The notes: generated by a model from the sequence alone, not told the origin. A stretch of 64,000 bases of DNA from Octopus sinensis (GCF_006345805.1 NW_021834156.1:4456-68455); one strand, 5' to 3'. Counted from the stretch's first letter, positions 1 through 12,177 are shown. A program made the numbers and translations.

Positions 1-132
1 AAGATACACGGAGGTGCTTCTCAGTTAATTTGGCAAGATCTATCAACTTTCTTGTGCATTACCATACATATGTACATGCAGAGATACCCGGCGTTGCTCG
101 GGATTGAAATGGCATACTTTGTAAATTTATCA

Positions 133-1168
133 TGTCATCCCATAAGTTTTGTCTGATTTTACCTTTTTTTTAAAATTGAATGAAATTTAATAGTATTTTA
201 GAATGCTTGAATGAAAGAAATTGCAGAAGATGGTTTGCAAAATTCAGAAGCGGAGATTTCAGCCTTGAAGATGAAGATCGAACAGGGTGTCCAGTTGAGT
301 TTGATGATAAGCTCCTTGGGGCATTACTTGAAGAAAATCCTGCATTATCAGTTGAAGAATTAGTTCAAACCATACAACTGTTCCTCGTCATCTTCAACAA
401 CTTGGAAAGGTTCCTGAACTTGGAAAATGCGTGCCTCATGAATTGCCCGAAAGCAACCGTAGAACCCGAGTTGACATCTGCTCTTCTCTCCATTCTTGCG
501 GACTCATTTCACCCGTTTTGGATAGACTTGTGACAGGTGACGAAAAATGGATCCTCTATCGAAATGTTAAACATCATAAACAGTGGCTTGGTAAAAAGGA
601 AAAATAATCTCAACCACAACCGAGAATGGAACTTCATTGGAAAAAGTTTCTTCTCTGTATCTGGTGAGATTGCAAAGGAGTAATTCATTTTGAATTGTTA
701 CCACCTAATGCAACAATCAATGCTCAAGTCTACTGTCAACAATTAGAGCGTTTGAACCAAGCTGAGAAGAAAAAAGACCTGCTTTAGTGAATCGAAAAGG
801 AGTGATGCGTGACCCCACACTGCAAAGATCACATCACAGAAGATCGAAGAGCTTGCTTGGGAAAAAATTCCTCATCCATCCTATTCTCCCAACCTTGCTC
901 CTTCAGACTACCATTTGTTTCGGAGGTTACAGAATCATTTGAGAGACATAAGTTTCGCAAGCCAGGAGGAGGTCGAAACTAACATTTCAGAGTTCTTCGC
1001 TTTAAAATCAAAAGAGTTTTACATTAATGGGAATAAAAAGCTTGTAAATAGATGGAAGGAAGTAATAGATAATCAGAGAAAGTACATTGATGACTAAATT
1101 TCAATTAAATATAACGTTTGATCACTTGTTTTCTTTATTCAAAATTAGGACAGAACTTATGAACGCTA
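133..1168 (+). mobile_element. Decayed mariner (Mos1/SETMAR-like) DNA transposon with both imperfect TIRs
   Basis: Frame-broken transposase motifs: RRWFAKFRSGDFSLEDEDRTGCP (HTH), VTGDEKWILY (about 531-560) and HPSYSPNLAPSDYHLF (about 872-920); the DNARPH segment is deleted. Left end CATAAGTTTTGTCTGATTTT (141-160) is an imperfect inverse of right end AAAATTAGGACAGAACTTATG (1141-1161). Confidence 0.9.
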
Positions 1169-1399
1169 AGGAGAACATGCGTAGGATTTTTAACTCGACG
1201 GTAACTGGTAACACAAATTCGCTTCCATACGACCAGCATCTTTCAACAGGAGAAAAATATGGCGAATAGCACTTCACATTGTAGTGAGAGACATTTGCAT
1301 TATGTAAGGCCGAGCTCCCAGAAACAGCTGTCAAATTAGATATATTATGCTTTCTCTTCTTAATATTCTGTTTTTGTATGCTCCATATAAATGTAAATT

Positions 1400-1445
1400 T
1401 CTCTCTCTCTCTCTCTCTCTCTTGCTCTCCCTCTCCCTCTCCCTG

Positions 1446-1510
<65 letters not shown>

Positions 1511-1879
1511 TATACATATACATACTTACATACATGAATACTACTTATATATAATATATATATATATATATATATGAAAGAAAAAATTGAGTGAAAAGAC
1601 AACAGAAAACTTATGTTATATGGTTAAAGAATATATATAAATCGTCATATTAGAAAAATGTAATAAAATTTTGTGAGTAGTGACATTGTTTTTGGAGAAA
1701 TAGGCAACCATCCAACCATTACGCCAGCGATGCGCTTTCACATACCAACTCTCTCTCTCCCTCTCTATATATACAACACAAACACACACACACACATCTG
1801 TTTACACTTGTGTTTATCTCCTGAATATATTTAGTTATTACTTTCTACTCGTATCTCTATATATCTATGGGTATCTGAA

Positions 1880-1911
<32 letters not shown>

Positions 1912-2054
1912 CTAATATACACCACACATACAAACCACCACGTTATATATATATATATATATCTATATTATATATTATATGTATGTATGTATGTATACAT
2001 ACATACATACATGCATATATATAATATATATATATATACATACATATATATATA

Positions 2055-2091
<37 letters not shown>

Positions 2092-2175
2092 TACATATAC
2101 ATGTTTCAAATATTCCACGATAGGTATGTAAAAGCCGACAGAGAGATCGATCGATCGATCGATAGATAGATAGAT

Positions 2176-2238
<63 letters not shown>

Positions 2239-2275
2239 TAGATAGATAGATAGATAGATAAAGATATATCATCTA
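1400..2275. repeat. Compound microsatellites (CT)n, (TA)n and (GATA)n with short unique interludes
   Basis: Direct reading; explains the YI/IY and IYLS-type ORFs in the track. Confidence 0.95.
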
Positions 2276-2927
2276 TCATCTATACCGTTTTCTACAACCA
2301 CGAAAACCTTAGGAATAACATGCCAGTTCCGGTTTCACATTAAATCAACAAAACATTCTCACGTTGATGAGATTATTTTTTCTGCAGAAATAAATTATCA
2401 TTTCACAAAAGTTAATTAGTAAAACCAACAAACAGTTTGATTTAAGTGTTAAATATACACATCTCTCTACTTGACATCGTCTCCAGATGAGTGCAATACA
2501 AATTGAGCGACCACGGAATTTTCCTCTACTTGTCGCTTTTGCTGTAGTTTAACACTATTATTGGTCTTAAGTGACAAGTCATACATTTTCTAAATTTACT
2601 GCAGGACAGTGAAAATCGAAAAGTCGATATGTGTGAATCAAATTCAGTCCTATTTGAATTTTCTCTATATATCTCATTCTGACGAATCCCAGATGAACTC
2701 GTCGGATCTAAACATCGATGAATTTTTCTGAGTATTTACAATCCAGCGGTCTCAGCATGAGAGGCGACTCTAGTTCGGTTTCACTCACGAGTATTCAAAG
2801 TCTAGTAAGTTCTCTGAGAGAAATTCCCTTTTCGAGCTGAGGGGAATATGATTCGGCTGGGTGTCCTCTACTAATCCACGCCATTTTAGAGTACCCGCAG
2901 ATATGTGTGTGCGTGTGTGTGTGTTTG

Positions 2928-2961
<34 letters not shown>

Positions 2962-3222
2962 ATCTGATTATGACATCACTCTAATATGGTGATATGGACT
3001 GTAGTTATGTAAGTTGGAGTAACTTAGCGGGTTCCTACTCACTAACCCTTTCAATGACTGTTTCAAAAAGAACCTAACTCAAGGTTTTACATTGCCTTTG
3101 TCACAGAAAGTTTTTTAGTTCAGCCCCTAATGATATTTTAAGAATTTCAAGACTAGTTATTCACAATATAGTTCCTTGTTTAAAATAGTAGGGTTTGTCT
3201 CTACAGAAATTTCACTGTCGTT

Positions 3223-3442
3223 CTTATTTCTTTACTGCCCACAAGGGGACAAACAAGGACAGACAAACGAATTAAAAATCGAGTATATCAACCCCAATGT
3301 GTAACTGGTACTTATTTAATCGACCCCGAAAGGATGAAATGCAAAGTCGACTTCGGCGGAATTTGAACTCAGAACGTAGTGCCAGACGAAATACCGCTAA
3401 GCATTTCGCCCGGTGTGTTAACGTTTCTGCCAGCTCGCCGCC
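3223..3442 (-). mobile_element. tRNA-derived SINE, family A
   Basis: Reverse complement reads GGCGGCGAGCTGGCAGAAACGTTA...GAGTTCAAATTCCGCCGAAGTCGACTTTGCATTTCATCCTTTCGGGGTCGAT...GTGGGCAGTAAAGAAATAAG, with a B-box-like GTTCAAATTCC; more than 12 related copies in the window. Confidence 0.88.
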
Positions 3443-3717
3443 TTTCTGGTAGCTTTTCTGTCTTTCTAATACCTTTCAGGTCTTTCGTAATTGCAGGCTT
3501 ATTGGTTCGATGCTGTTGTTTCTAACCAAATCACACCAGACATAACACAGCACTCCTATATTCAAACCCTATTCTATTTGTAACCATTTCGTCTGATTGC
3601 CATATAACTATTATTCAAAGTTTCTACTACAAAATCAACCCTTATCCTCCAATTAACAGAATGAGATAAAAAAAAATCCAATGTAGTGAAAATTTTCAGA
3701 ACATTTATGAAGAGAAG

Positions 3718-3765
3718 GTCTTACAGCTGTTTCCGGGATATATTATATATCCATTCATCAGAGAC
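3718..3765 (-). ncRNA. Minimal type I hammerhead ribozyme motif (Penelope-type)
   Basis: Minus strand: GTCT-CTGATGA-AT-GGATATA taa TATATCC-CG-GAAA-C-AGCT-GTA-AGAC. Intact core, 7-bp stem II, palindromic stem III ACAGCTGT, GUA triplet and 4-bp stem I. Confidence 0.7.
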
Positions 3766-3823
3766 GGCGCGGGAAATGTTTGAATAAAAGTTGTTATAGA
3801 GAAGATATGAAATAGAGAGTATA

Positions 3824-3860
<37 letters not shown>

Positions 3861-3919
3861 GTCTCTCTATGTTTATGTGTGTGTATGTGTGAATTTATAT
3901 ATATGCATATTATTCTTGA

Positions 3920-3990
3920 ACATATATGTGTGTGTGCGTTTGTGTGTATGTGTGTAAGTGTTTGTGTTGTGTGTATGTGTGTAATTGTGT

Positions 3991-4050
<60 letters not shown>
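3920..4050. repeat. (TG)n microsatellite
   Basis: Direct reading. Confidence 0.95.
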
Positions 4051-5814
4051 TTCTATATACACACGTTTTAGCACATGTGTAAGAATTATATTAAACCAAA
4101 CCGCTTATGCTGTGGCAATATTTTATCTCGATTTCCCATATTTAAATTTAAGTTCCTCATTTATATTTAACATACTCCTAAACACTAGCGCTCACACACA
4201 GACATAAAGAATATAAACATGTATTTGAGATCTAACCTATTATCTTGCTTCATTTAAAGATGTCTCCTAAGAAATATTTACAACCATTCCCTTCGTTAAT
4301 GAAGTGCCAAAGGACGATTTATTGATATATATTGCTTGTACATGCTAAGGTAGTGTGTTCTCATTGTTTTTGTTATTCTTCCTTCCTGAGATCTCTAGGC
4401 AATATTACCAGTAAATTGAGGTTTTTAAAATCGTTATAGACACCGAACGAAAATCTACCGTTCCTCTGCATAAGTTTGAAAATGCGATGGTAATTGTCCT
4501 TATGTCAGTACCAAAAAGAGACGAATCTCATGCGCCTCCAGCTAATAGGTAGGACGCAAACATTCAAACAGCTATCGACCCTTTTGTATACTAACAAAAA
4601 AATACCCCATGCCAAGAAAAATTTATGAATCTTCTGCTCACAATAGCATACCCTTTCATATTAAACTGAATGTTATATGGAAATTATTGCCAGGTAATAA
4701 TGCTTCCATGCCACCACGGAATCTTTGTAGACATGCCAAATAATTAAAGCCAGAGCTTAATGTCTCCTATACACGCCATGTTAAAACAGTTCTGTATAAA
4801 CTAGGGGGAAAGTAGAGAGTATAGCTGTCTGCTATAATCTCTATAAACATTTAACCATTTAGAAACGGACAAAGAGTTTTAAATACTCGTTTTGTTTAGC
4901 TTTTGATGTTCAGCTTTTTTGGAATTGCTTAGAAATAATTCAGAATATGTGAAAGAAAACAACGCGTTTTCTGATGCTTGAACGTATAGGTTGAAGTCTG
5001 TCCTTCATTGATGAGGACAGAATAAGATCGAAGCACGTATAAAGTTATCTCCCGTATTTGGTAGAAGAAACACATTCATCATAGCCGCGATAATGTATAG
5101 CTTGCAAACGCTAATGTCATAAGGCAGAGAAAGAGAAAGGAGACAAAAGAGAGAGAGGGGGGAGAGAGACAGATAGACAAACAGACATATTACACTTAAA
5201 TGACATATAAAAATGCTTGGGAATTTCTACCAGACATGACTCAAGAATAGTAATAGAAACGTACGGATGTACATCAGCGATCTTTCCAGCCACAGTACCC
5301 GCGCTCTGTTTTAAAAATATACTTCCTTATATGGGTACAAGGTCTGAAATTTTAGTAAGAGGGAGCTCGTCGACCACTTTGAACCCAATGATGAAACTGG
5401 TAGTTATTTTATCGACAAAGAAATAATAACGATATCACGAACGGGAAATCAGTGATATTAAGACAAAGTGTTATTGCAAATAACAGCAAAGCTATTGCAT
5501 GTCTCCACGCATAACATCAGAACATTCAACGAGCAGATCAATTAGCCCTGCATATTACGTTTCGTATGTTCTACCATCATAAAGATGTAATATTCATCAA
5601 GGTACTAATAATAAATTGATCGTAAAAATCACTAATTAGGAAACATTATGTGCTGAGGGGAAAACATCATTATGGCTACGACGAATGAGAAGCGTTTGTG
5701 TTCTAACAACTATGGGAGATAAATTTATATGTGCTCCGAACATACTCTGCCCTCATCAATGAAGTTTTTCTAAGCAATTCCAAAAGCTTCAGGTTAAGAA
5801 ATATACAAAAATTG

Positions 5815-6400
5815 TATTGGCTGTAATTACAGCTTGAATTTCCAAGCTATAACCCCCAGATCATCGCAGATCCTCCTCCATGTTTAACAGTTGGAAGATG
5901 GCAGTTTGTGTCAAATGCTTTTTTTTTTCTATCGCTGTCTCCACACATATACTCCGCCGGTGATCGGAAATAAGGTAAAGGATTACTCGTCCGAGAAAAT
6001 AACATTCTTCCACTGCTCTCGGGACCAATTCTCTAGGCTTGTACTTTTGTGATCCTTTCTAATAATTCGCGTAAGTGACCGACGATCCCTATCTGAAAGT
6101 TTTGTTTTTTTTCCGGAGTTTTGTTTTGACGAGGAGGTTTTTCCCTCTTTCTTAGATCTGTCATTACTTTCGAGGCACTACTTCTTGATAAACCAAAAAT
6201 TTCGGCTGTTTTCTTTACGCTAGCGCCTGCCATAAGAGATCCAACCATTTGACCACTTTGAAAGTCCGATAGATCTGTCATGTTAATGAATTTTAATTGC
6301 CTTTTTCTGATGATATCTGAAGAAGCAGCAATTTTAACATAACTTATTAAGCAACACTAATAACACTAGTCAATAGCCAATTTTCATCAGGGATATTATG
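5815..6400 (-). mobile_element. Internally deleted Tc1-like transposase remnant
   Basis: ORF 6033-6281 MTDLSDFQSGQMVGSLMAGASVKKTAEIFGLSRS (paired-like HTH), followed by EQWKNVIFSDE and PTVKHGGGSAMIWG, then a jump to the C-terminal IQAVITA-like segment. Confidence 0.85.
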
Positions 6401-6404
6401 TCTT

Positions 6405-6870
6405 TTTTTATATGTAGTTTTGTCTGCAGATTTCAAAAATGTAATCGGTTTCCTTCTATCAGGCACAGTTTTTTCTGATGGTTGAATTGTTTCTCGGTTG
6501 AGAAAAGGCAAATAAAATCTGATGGATTTTTCAGTTTGTTTAAGAGCCTTTTAGATCTGATGTAGAGATTTTCTTTTGCTTTTTCTGACAAATTGGCCTT
6601 ACCTCATTATATAAGACATATAACTGATATCTTCGTGGACAATATTTCTGACTGTTCCTTCTGACACGTGAAGGTCTTTTTCAGTTGACCTCATGGTCTT
6701 TCTGGTGTTGTAACCAATGGTTTGTTCAACTTACTGGATAAATTCAGATGTTCCGATGATTTCATAGCTTTTTATACTTTTTATGCTTTGATACTGGTGA
6801 TACGTTTCCATCTTCAATCTCTAACTCCTTACAAATTTTGTAGACGAAAGATCGGGAAACTTTTTTAAAA
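6405..6870 (-). mobile_element. IS630-Tc1-mariner N-terminal remnant, probably maT/DD37D-like
   Basis: Manual translation with stops and a frameshift: KVSRSFVYKICKELE...EFIQ*VEQTIGYNTRKTMRSTEKDLHVSEGTVRNIVHEDISYMSYIMR*GQF, an HTH-type region. The catalytic triad is absent, so the subfamily is a guess. Confidence 0.55.
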
Positions 6871-7595
6871 TCGAGATATTTCTAAACTGCTATACTCAGC
6901 TTTTATAAGTACAATAACAGCGTACCTCTTTATTTCTTGAGTATACTGAGGGTTTACCATTATTATTTTCTGAAACAAAGATTATAGAGAATGTGCAGAA
7001 AAGGCAGCAATGACCCCCAAAAATGTATATCCTCAAATACCTTACACACCCTATATATATAGAAATATATATATACATATATGTGTACCTGTTAGTTGTG
7101 AATTGCATTAATAGTTAACGATTCAGATACTGTACTGTCTTTTCGCTGACAAGTCATTTAGTATTAATGAAGACTCTTATCTAGTGTGAACGACCGCCAA
7201 TAAATAATTTTCACTGAATTCTAGAGATTACACCATGTTTGATTAAGCTGAGACCAGGAGAGATTAAATAACTTTGATTATTCATTAATTTATTGTCCAT
7301 GGAAATTATATTTCAGAAAACGAAAAAAAGAAAAGAAAAGAAAAGAGACAGGCAAAACAGAACTAATCAGGAAAAGTAAAGAACAAAACGAAAAGAAATA
7401 TGGCGGACAAACAGACAAACAGATCTCGAGATTACTGTGCGATTAGTAAACGGAAATACTAGTATCGGCTGAGCAGAAGTCTAAATTACTTTTGTTGTTT
7501 TTGTTGCAGAGATTAAATATCTAGCATTGAGCAATGATCTTGCAATGAACAATTGGTTCATATTATTTTTCGTTGAGATATTAATTTCTACCGCT

Positions 7596-8652
7596 AAGGC
7601 GACGAACGGACAGAATCGTTAGCACGCTGGGCAAAATGCTTAGCAGTATTTCGTCCGTCATGCTTTTAAATTCCGTCGGGGTAGACTTTGTCCTTCATAC
7701 TTTCGCAGTCGAGAAAATAAGTACCACTTAAACACCAGGCTCGGTTCAATCGACTTAGTCGCACTCCAAATCTGCTGGTCTTATACAAATTTGCGACCGG
7801 CAGAAACGTTAGCACGCCGGGTGGAATGCGTAGCCGTATTTCGTCTGCGTTACGTTGTGAGTTCAAATTCCGCCGAGGTCGACTTTGCCTTTCATCCTTT
7901 CGGGGTCGATAAATTAAGTACCAGTTACGCACTGGGGTCGATGTAATCGACTTAATACCTATGTCTGTCCTTGTTTGTCCCCTCTGTGTTTAGCCACTTG
8001 TGGGTAGTAAAGAAATAGGTATTAGTTTCTACTTCTTGCGCGTCAGAAATATTTATTGTTATTCAAGGCGACGAGCTGGCAGAAACGTTAGCACGCCAGG
8101 TGAAATGCTTAGCGGTATTTCGTCTGCGGTTACGTTCTGAGTTCAAATTCTGCCGAGGTACACTTTGCCTTTCATCCTTTCGGGGTCGATTAAATAAGTA
8201 CCAGTTACGCACTGGGGTCGATATAATCGACTTAATCCGTTTGTCTGTCCTTGTTTGTCCTCTCTGTGTTTAGCCACTTGTGGGTAGTAAAGAAATAGGT
8301 ATTTCATCTACCGCTACGTTCTGAGTTCAAATTCCGCCGATGTTGACTTTGCCTTTCATCCTTTTGAGGTCGATTAAATAAGTACCAATTAGGCACTGGG
8401 TTCGATATAATCGACTTAATCCGTTTGTCTGTCCTTGTTTGTCCCCTTGTGGGCAGTAAAGAAACAGGCATTTCGTCTGCCGTTACGTTCTGAGTACAAA
8501 TTCCGTCGAGGTCAACTTTGCATTTCATTCTTTCGGGGTCGATAAATTAAGTACCAGTTACACTCTGCGGTTGATATAATCGACTTAATCCCTTTGTCTG
8601 TCCTTGTTTGTCCTCTCTATGTTTAGCTCCATGTGGGCAATAAAGAAATAAG
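7596..8652 (+). mobile_element. Cluster of five SINE family A units (two near full length, two 5'-truncated head-to-tail, one degenerate)
   Basis: Units at about 7597-7790, 7797-8020, 8065-8300, 8298-8470 and 8467-8652, each repeating the GTTCTGAGTTCAAATTCC...TTTCATCCTTTCGGGGTCGAT core. Confidence 0.88.
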
Positions 8653-9505
8653 AAATATTTAGTGTTATCTGTTTATTATCACTTTTACTAACAGATGTCG
8701 TTCGTCCCGACGGAACGACCGAAGTGGTTGAACTGCTTGGCGTTAATGCCAACTTCTCGGTAGATCAGAACTAGGGCAAGGTAACGAGCTGGGTTGCTAT
8801 GTCTTATCAACCCTGCTCGTTACGAACCGAAATTAAGTTATGAACCGAGGGTAAGTTATTTCTGAAGACGTTGCGCAGGAGTAGGAAATGTCTTTATCAT
8901 CTGTTATGATTTCCTGTCTGGCTTCATTTTCTCCATCTAGTTTCCATCCAACCTGATGACAGCATCTGGTTTTCAACTTCTCGTTGAAGGCGGTGCATCT
9001 CGCGCCAGCTCATATTCTGTATATTTATGCTGACGCTGCTGATACGCAGGGACGCACACCGGTTACATCAACTGCGGAGATTTTCGGATGGTAAGCACGT
9101 TTGGATATATATTTTTCTGGGACACATCACATTTTTGGAGCTTCGTTCCTGAGTCAAGCTAAGAATAAACCTGGATAAGTAGAACCTGGGATGTGATCAG
9201 ACTGTCATCGACCTCTATCTGAGTGACAATAAGAAATGGTAAAGTTTCGTTCCAGCAAACCATATATGCTTAGATGTTGGATATAGTGACGACATTGGGA
9301 TATCTGACCGTAACCGAAAGTGCACATGCTAATCATTCCTGAAGGACTTCCAGAATGGAAACTTAAAGATAATTTCTAGAAACCCATGATTGCAATGCTA
9401 CAGACGGGTCGCAATGTTTCGAGATAAACATTATCACTGATGATTAATACTTATAATCTTCTTCTTCTTCTTATTATTATTATTGTTGTTGTTGTTGTTG
9501 TTGTT

Positions 9506-9690
9506 AAGAGAACAGCGCATGTCATCAAAATGATACCCGAATACAAAAATACGAAACTGAGTTTACCTGTCATGAACACCCGTGTCTGATAAGTGTACAC
9601 AAACCGCACGCAACGCAACCATAAGTGAGTGGCATGGTGATCTCATATCAAAATAAACAGCGCATGACCTTGCAGGTGGGGCTTAGTTCG

Positions 9691-9692
<2 letters not shown>
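9506..9692 (-). mobile_element. 5'-truncated copy of the 550-bp family D retroposon
   Basis: Matches the terminal ~185 bp of the copies at 19229, 30086 and 35834; flanked by (TTG/TTA)n and (CAT)n. Confidence 0.75.
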
Positions 9693-9770
<78 letters not shown>

Positions 9771-9817
9771 CCACCACCATCATCATAATCACCATCACTA
9801 TCATCATTATTATTATT
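9693..9817. repeat. (CAT)n/(ATT)n trinucleotide tract
   Basis: Direct reading; source of the poly-His ORF. Confidence 0.95.
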
Positions 9818-10500
9818 AATTTAAGTCACGGTCGTTCTAATTCTTGGTAGAACTTATGTGAGTAGCGGGATATTACCTTGGTATCCATAAGCTTTCAATA
9901 GTATTCCAAGTCCATAAGACTTTTCTGACAATTGTTCTTGTTCTTAAGAGGCAAAATTTCTATAAAAGGTCTACTGGACATTCGATACCAATATCCTTCG
10001 GCCATTTGACTACATTTTTACTCGCAGTTCCAATGGCCCAGTGGTTAGGGCAGCGGACTCGCGGTCGGAGGATCGCCGTTTCGATTCCCAGACCGGGCGT
10101 TGTGTGTGTTTATTGAGCAAAAATACCTAAAGCTCCACGAGGCTCCGGTAGGGGGAGGTGGAGATCCTTGTTGTACTCTTTCGCCACAACTTTCTCTCAC
10201 TCTTTCTTCCTGTTTCTTGGGTAAGGCTGCGATGGACTGGCGTCCTGTCCAGCTGGGGGGAACACATACGCCATAGAAACCGGGAAACCTGACCCATGAG
10301 CCTGGCTAGGCTTGAAAAGGGCGCATAAAAAAAAAAATTGACTACATCTTTACTTGCAGTTCCTAATGCACCAATTATTACAAGCACAACCTTTACAGAT
10401 TATGTACGCGAAATTCTTCTAACTTCAAATTCTGAGGATTATTTTCAATAATATTTATAGGCCAACTTGTTGCTTTTGTACGTCCGTACCTGTGGTGTGT
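9818..10500 (-). mobile_element. 3' end of an R4/Dong-like RLE non-LTR retrotransposon, interrupted by a SINE
   Basis: After removing the SINE and one TSD copy, the minus strand reads EFEVRRISRT*SVKVVLVIIGALGTASKDVVKWPKDIGIECPVDLL*KFCLLRTRTIVRKVL. This is the typical R4-clade C-terminus, followed by a short 3' UTR and (TAA)n. Confidence 0.8.
10032..10337 (+). mobile_element. tRNA-derived SINE family C (tail type 1) with 26-bp TSD
   Basis: Head AATGGCCCAGTGGTTAGGGCAGCGGACTCGCGGTCGGAGGATCGCCGTTTCGATTCCC, ending in a poly(A) run. TSD 10006-10031 / 10338-10363 with 2 mismatches. Confidence 0.9.
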
Positions 10501-10669
10501 GTCACACTTCTCTCAAAGAAAGAAATGAGTAGCAAAGCGGGAGAGAGGAGGACGGAGAGGCAGTAAAAGAGAAAGAGGGAGAGAGAGAGAAGTTGCAAAT
10601 AATGTCGTTATCGTTCTCCTTGCCTTCATTCTGTCGTAGATTGCCTTTTGTCCATCTGCTGTCATGTCA

Positions 10670-10687
10670 CCATTACTACTACTGCTG

Positions 10688-10739
<52 letters not shown>

Positions 10740-10885
10740 CACTACTACTAGTACTGCTGCTGCAACTACTACTACTACTACTATTACTATTACTACTATT
10801 ATTAGTAGTAGTAATAGTAGTAATAGTAGTATCAACAGAAGCGGCAGTACTATAGGTGGTTGTGGTGGTGGTGGTGGTGGTGTAT
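10670..10885. repeat. Compound trinucleotide tract (CTA/CCA/GTA/GTG)n
   Basis: Direct reading; source of the poly-S/T/L ORFs. Confidence 0.9.
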
Positions 10886-11451
10886 GCAGTACTCTTGTGC
10901 ATCTTTAGCAGTGATCGTATATATGATGTAATTATTTTTCCCCGTTGCGAACGAATGTGGAAATACGATACTAGAAAAGATTAATTGGAAAATGCAGACG
11001 AAACAAAGAGAATAAAGAAGCAAAAGAATATAAGAGATATATAGAAATATAAATGGAAGAAGAGTAAGAGAGGAAAGAGACAAATGAGGGTTGATATAAA
11101 GGAAAGGGAGTGAAGAAGAAAAAAAAAATTATAAAAATGAGCTTTGCCTTTGCCTTCAGTCAGCAATATAAGCAACTGCACGGATGATTATCTCCCTTAA
11201 ATGACCAAAATATATTATGCTATATCTCCATATTGTCTTAACGAGATGCATCTTATCGGATCTAGAAAATGCTTGCTGAGAGGCATAAATTGCTGCTGCT
11301 GTTGGATGCTGTCGTCCTTGTTGTTTATCCCCAAAGTCAGGTCTGATCGACAAAAAAAAAAAAAACGGAAAAAAACCTATGATTAAAAAATGTTTCATGT
11401 GTCGCCATCTTTATTTGATTTATTTTTATTTTCACTATCTACCTGTAACCT

Positions 11452-11585
11452 AAGGCGGCGAGATAGCAGAACCTTTAGACTGCCAAGAAAAAACACGCCT
11501 AGCAGCATTTCGTCCCAATTTTGGGTTCTGAGTTCAAATTCCGCACTTTACATGGCGTACTAGCGATTCTGCCAGCTCGCCACCT

Positions 11586-11671
<86 letters not shown>

Positions 11672-11690
11672 ATGATAATAATAATAAGGT
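11452..11690. mobile_element. Two truncated SINE A heads in opposite orientation followed by (TAG)n
   Basis: Plus-strand head GGCGGCGAGATAGCAGAA...GTTCTGAGTTCAAATTCCGC, then GCGATTCTGCCAGCTCGCCACC (minus-strand head), then (TAG)n at 11586-11670. Confidence 0.7.
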
Positions 11691-11945
11691 GATATTGGCA
11701 AGAAGATATTATTTATGGTACCCAAAATAAAAAAAATAAAATTGGCCTCGTGGTATTTGAAATCAGGATACAGAGACTCAGAACGAACGACTCCACGAAC
11801 TTTTTCCATCGTCTATACAATCCTAATAATTCGGCATATCGTCAGGTGTTTCATATTTCAGTACAGGACCAGCAATTTAAAGAGGAGAGAATTAAGAGAT
11901 ATTCTCGACCCTAGTACTTGAATGATACTCTATTTTATCGACTTT

Positions 11946-12105
11946 AGGCGTAGGAGTGGCTGTGTGGTAAGGAGCTTGCTTGCGAACCTCATAGTTCTGG
12001 GTTCAGTCCTACTGCGTGGCACCTTGGGGAAGTGTCTTCTTCTATAGCCTCGGGCCGACCAAAACCTTGTAAGTGGATTTGGTAGACTGAAAGAAGCCCA
12101 TCATA

Positions 12106-12177
<72 letters not shown>

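Noticed and set aside
8700-9420. Moderately GC-richer island that might be a LINE or exon remnant
   Set aside because: Partial manual translation gave no recognisable motif; left unassigned pending BLASTx.
10032-10110. tRNA genes at the SINE A, B and C heads
   Set aside because: They have A/B-box-like motifs but no full cloverleaf that I could build, and they continue into SINE bodies; treated as SINE heads.
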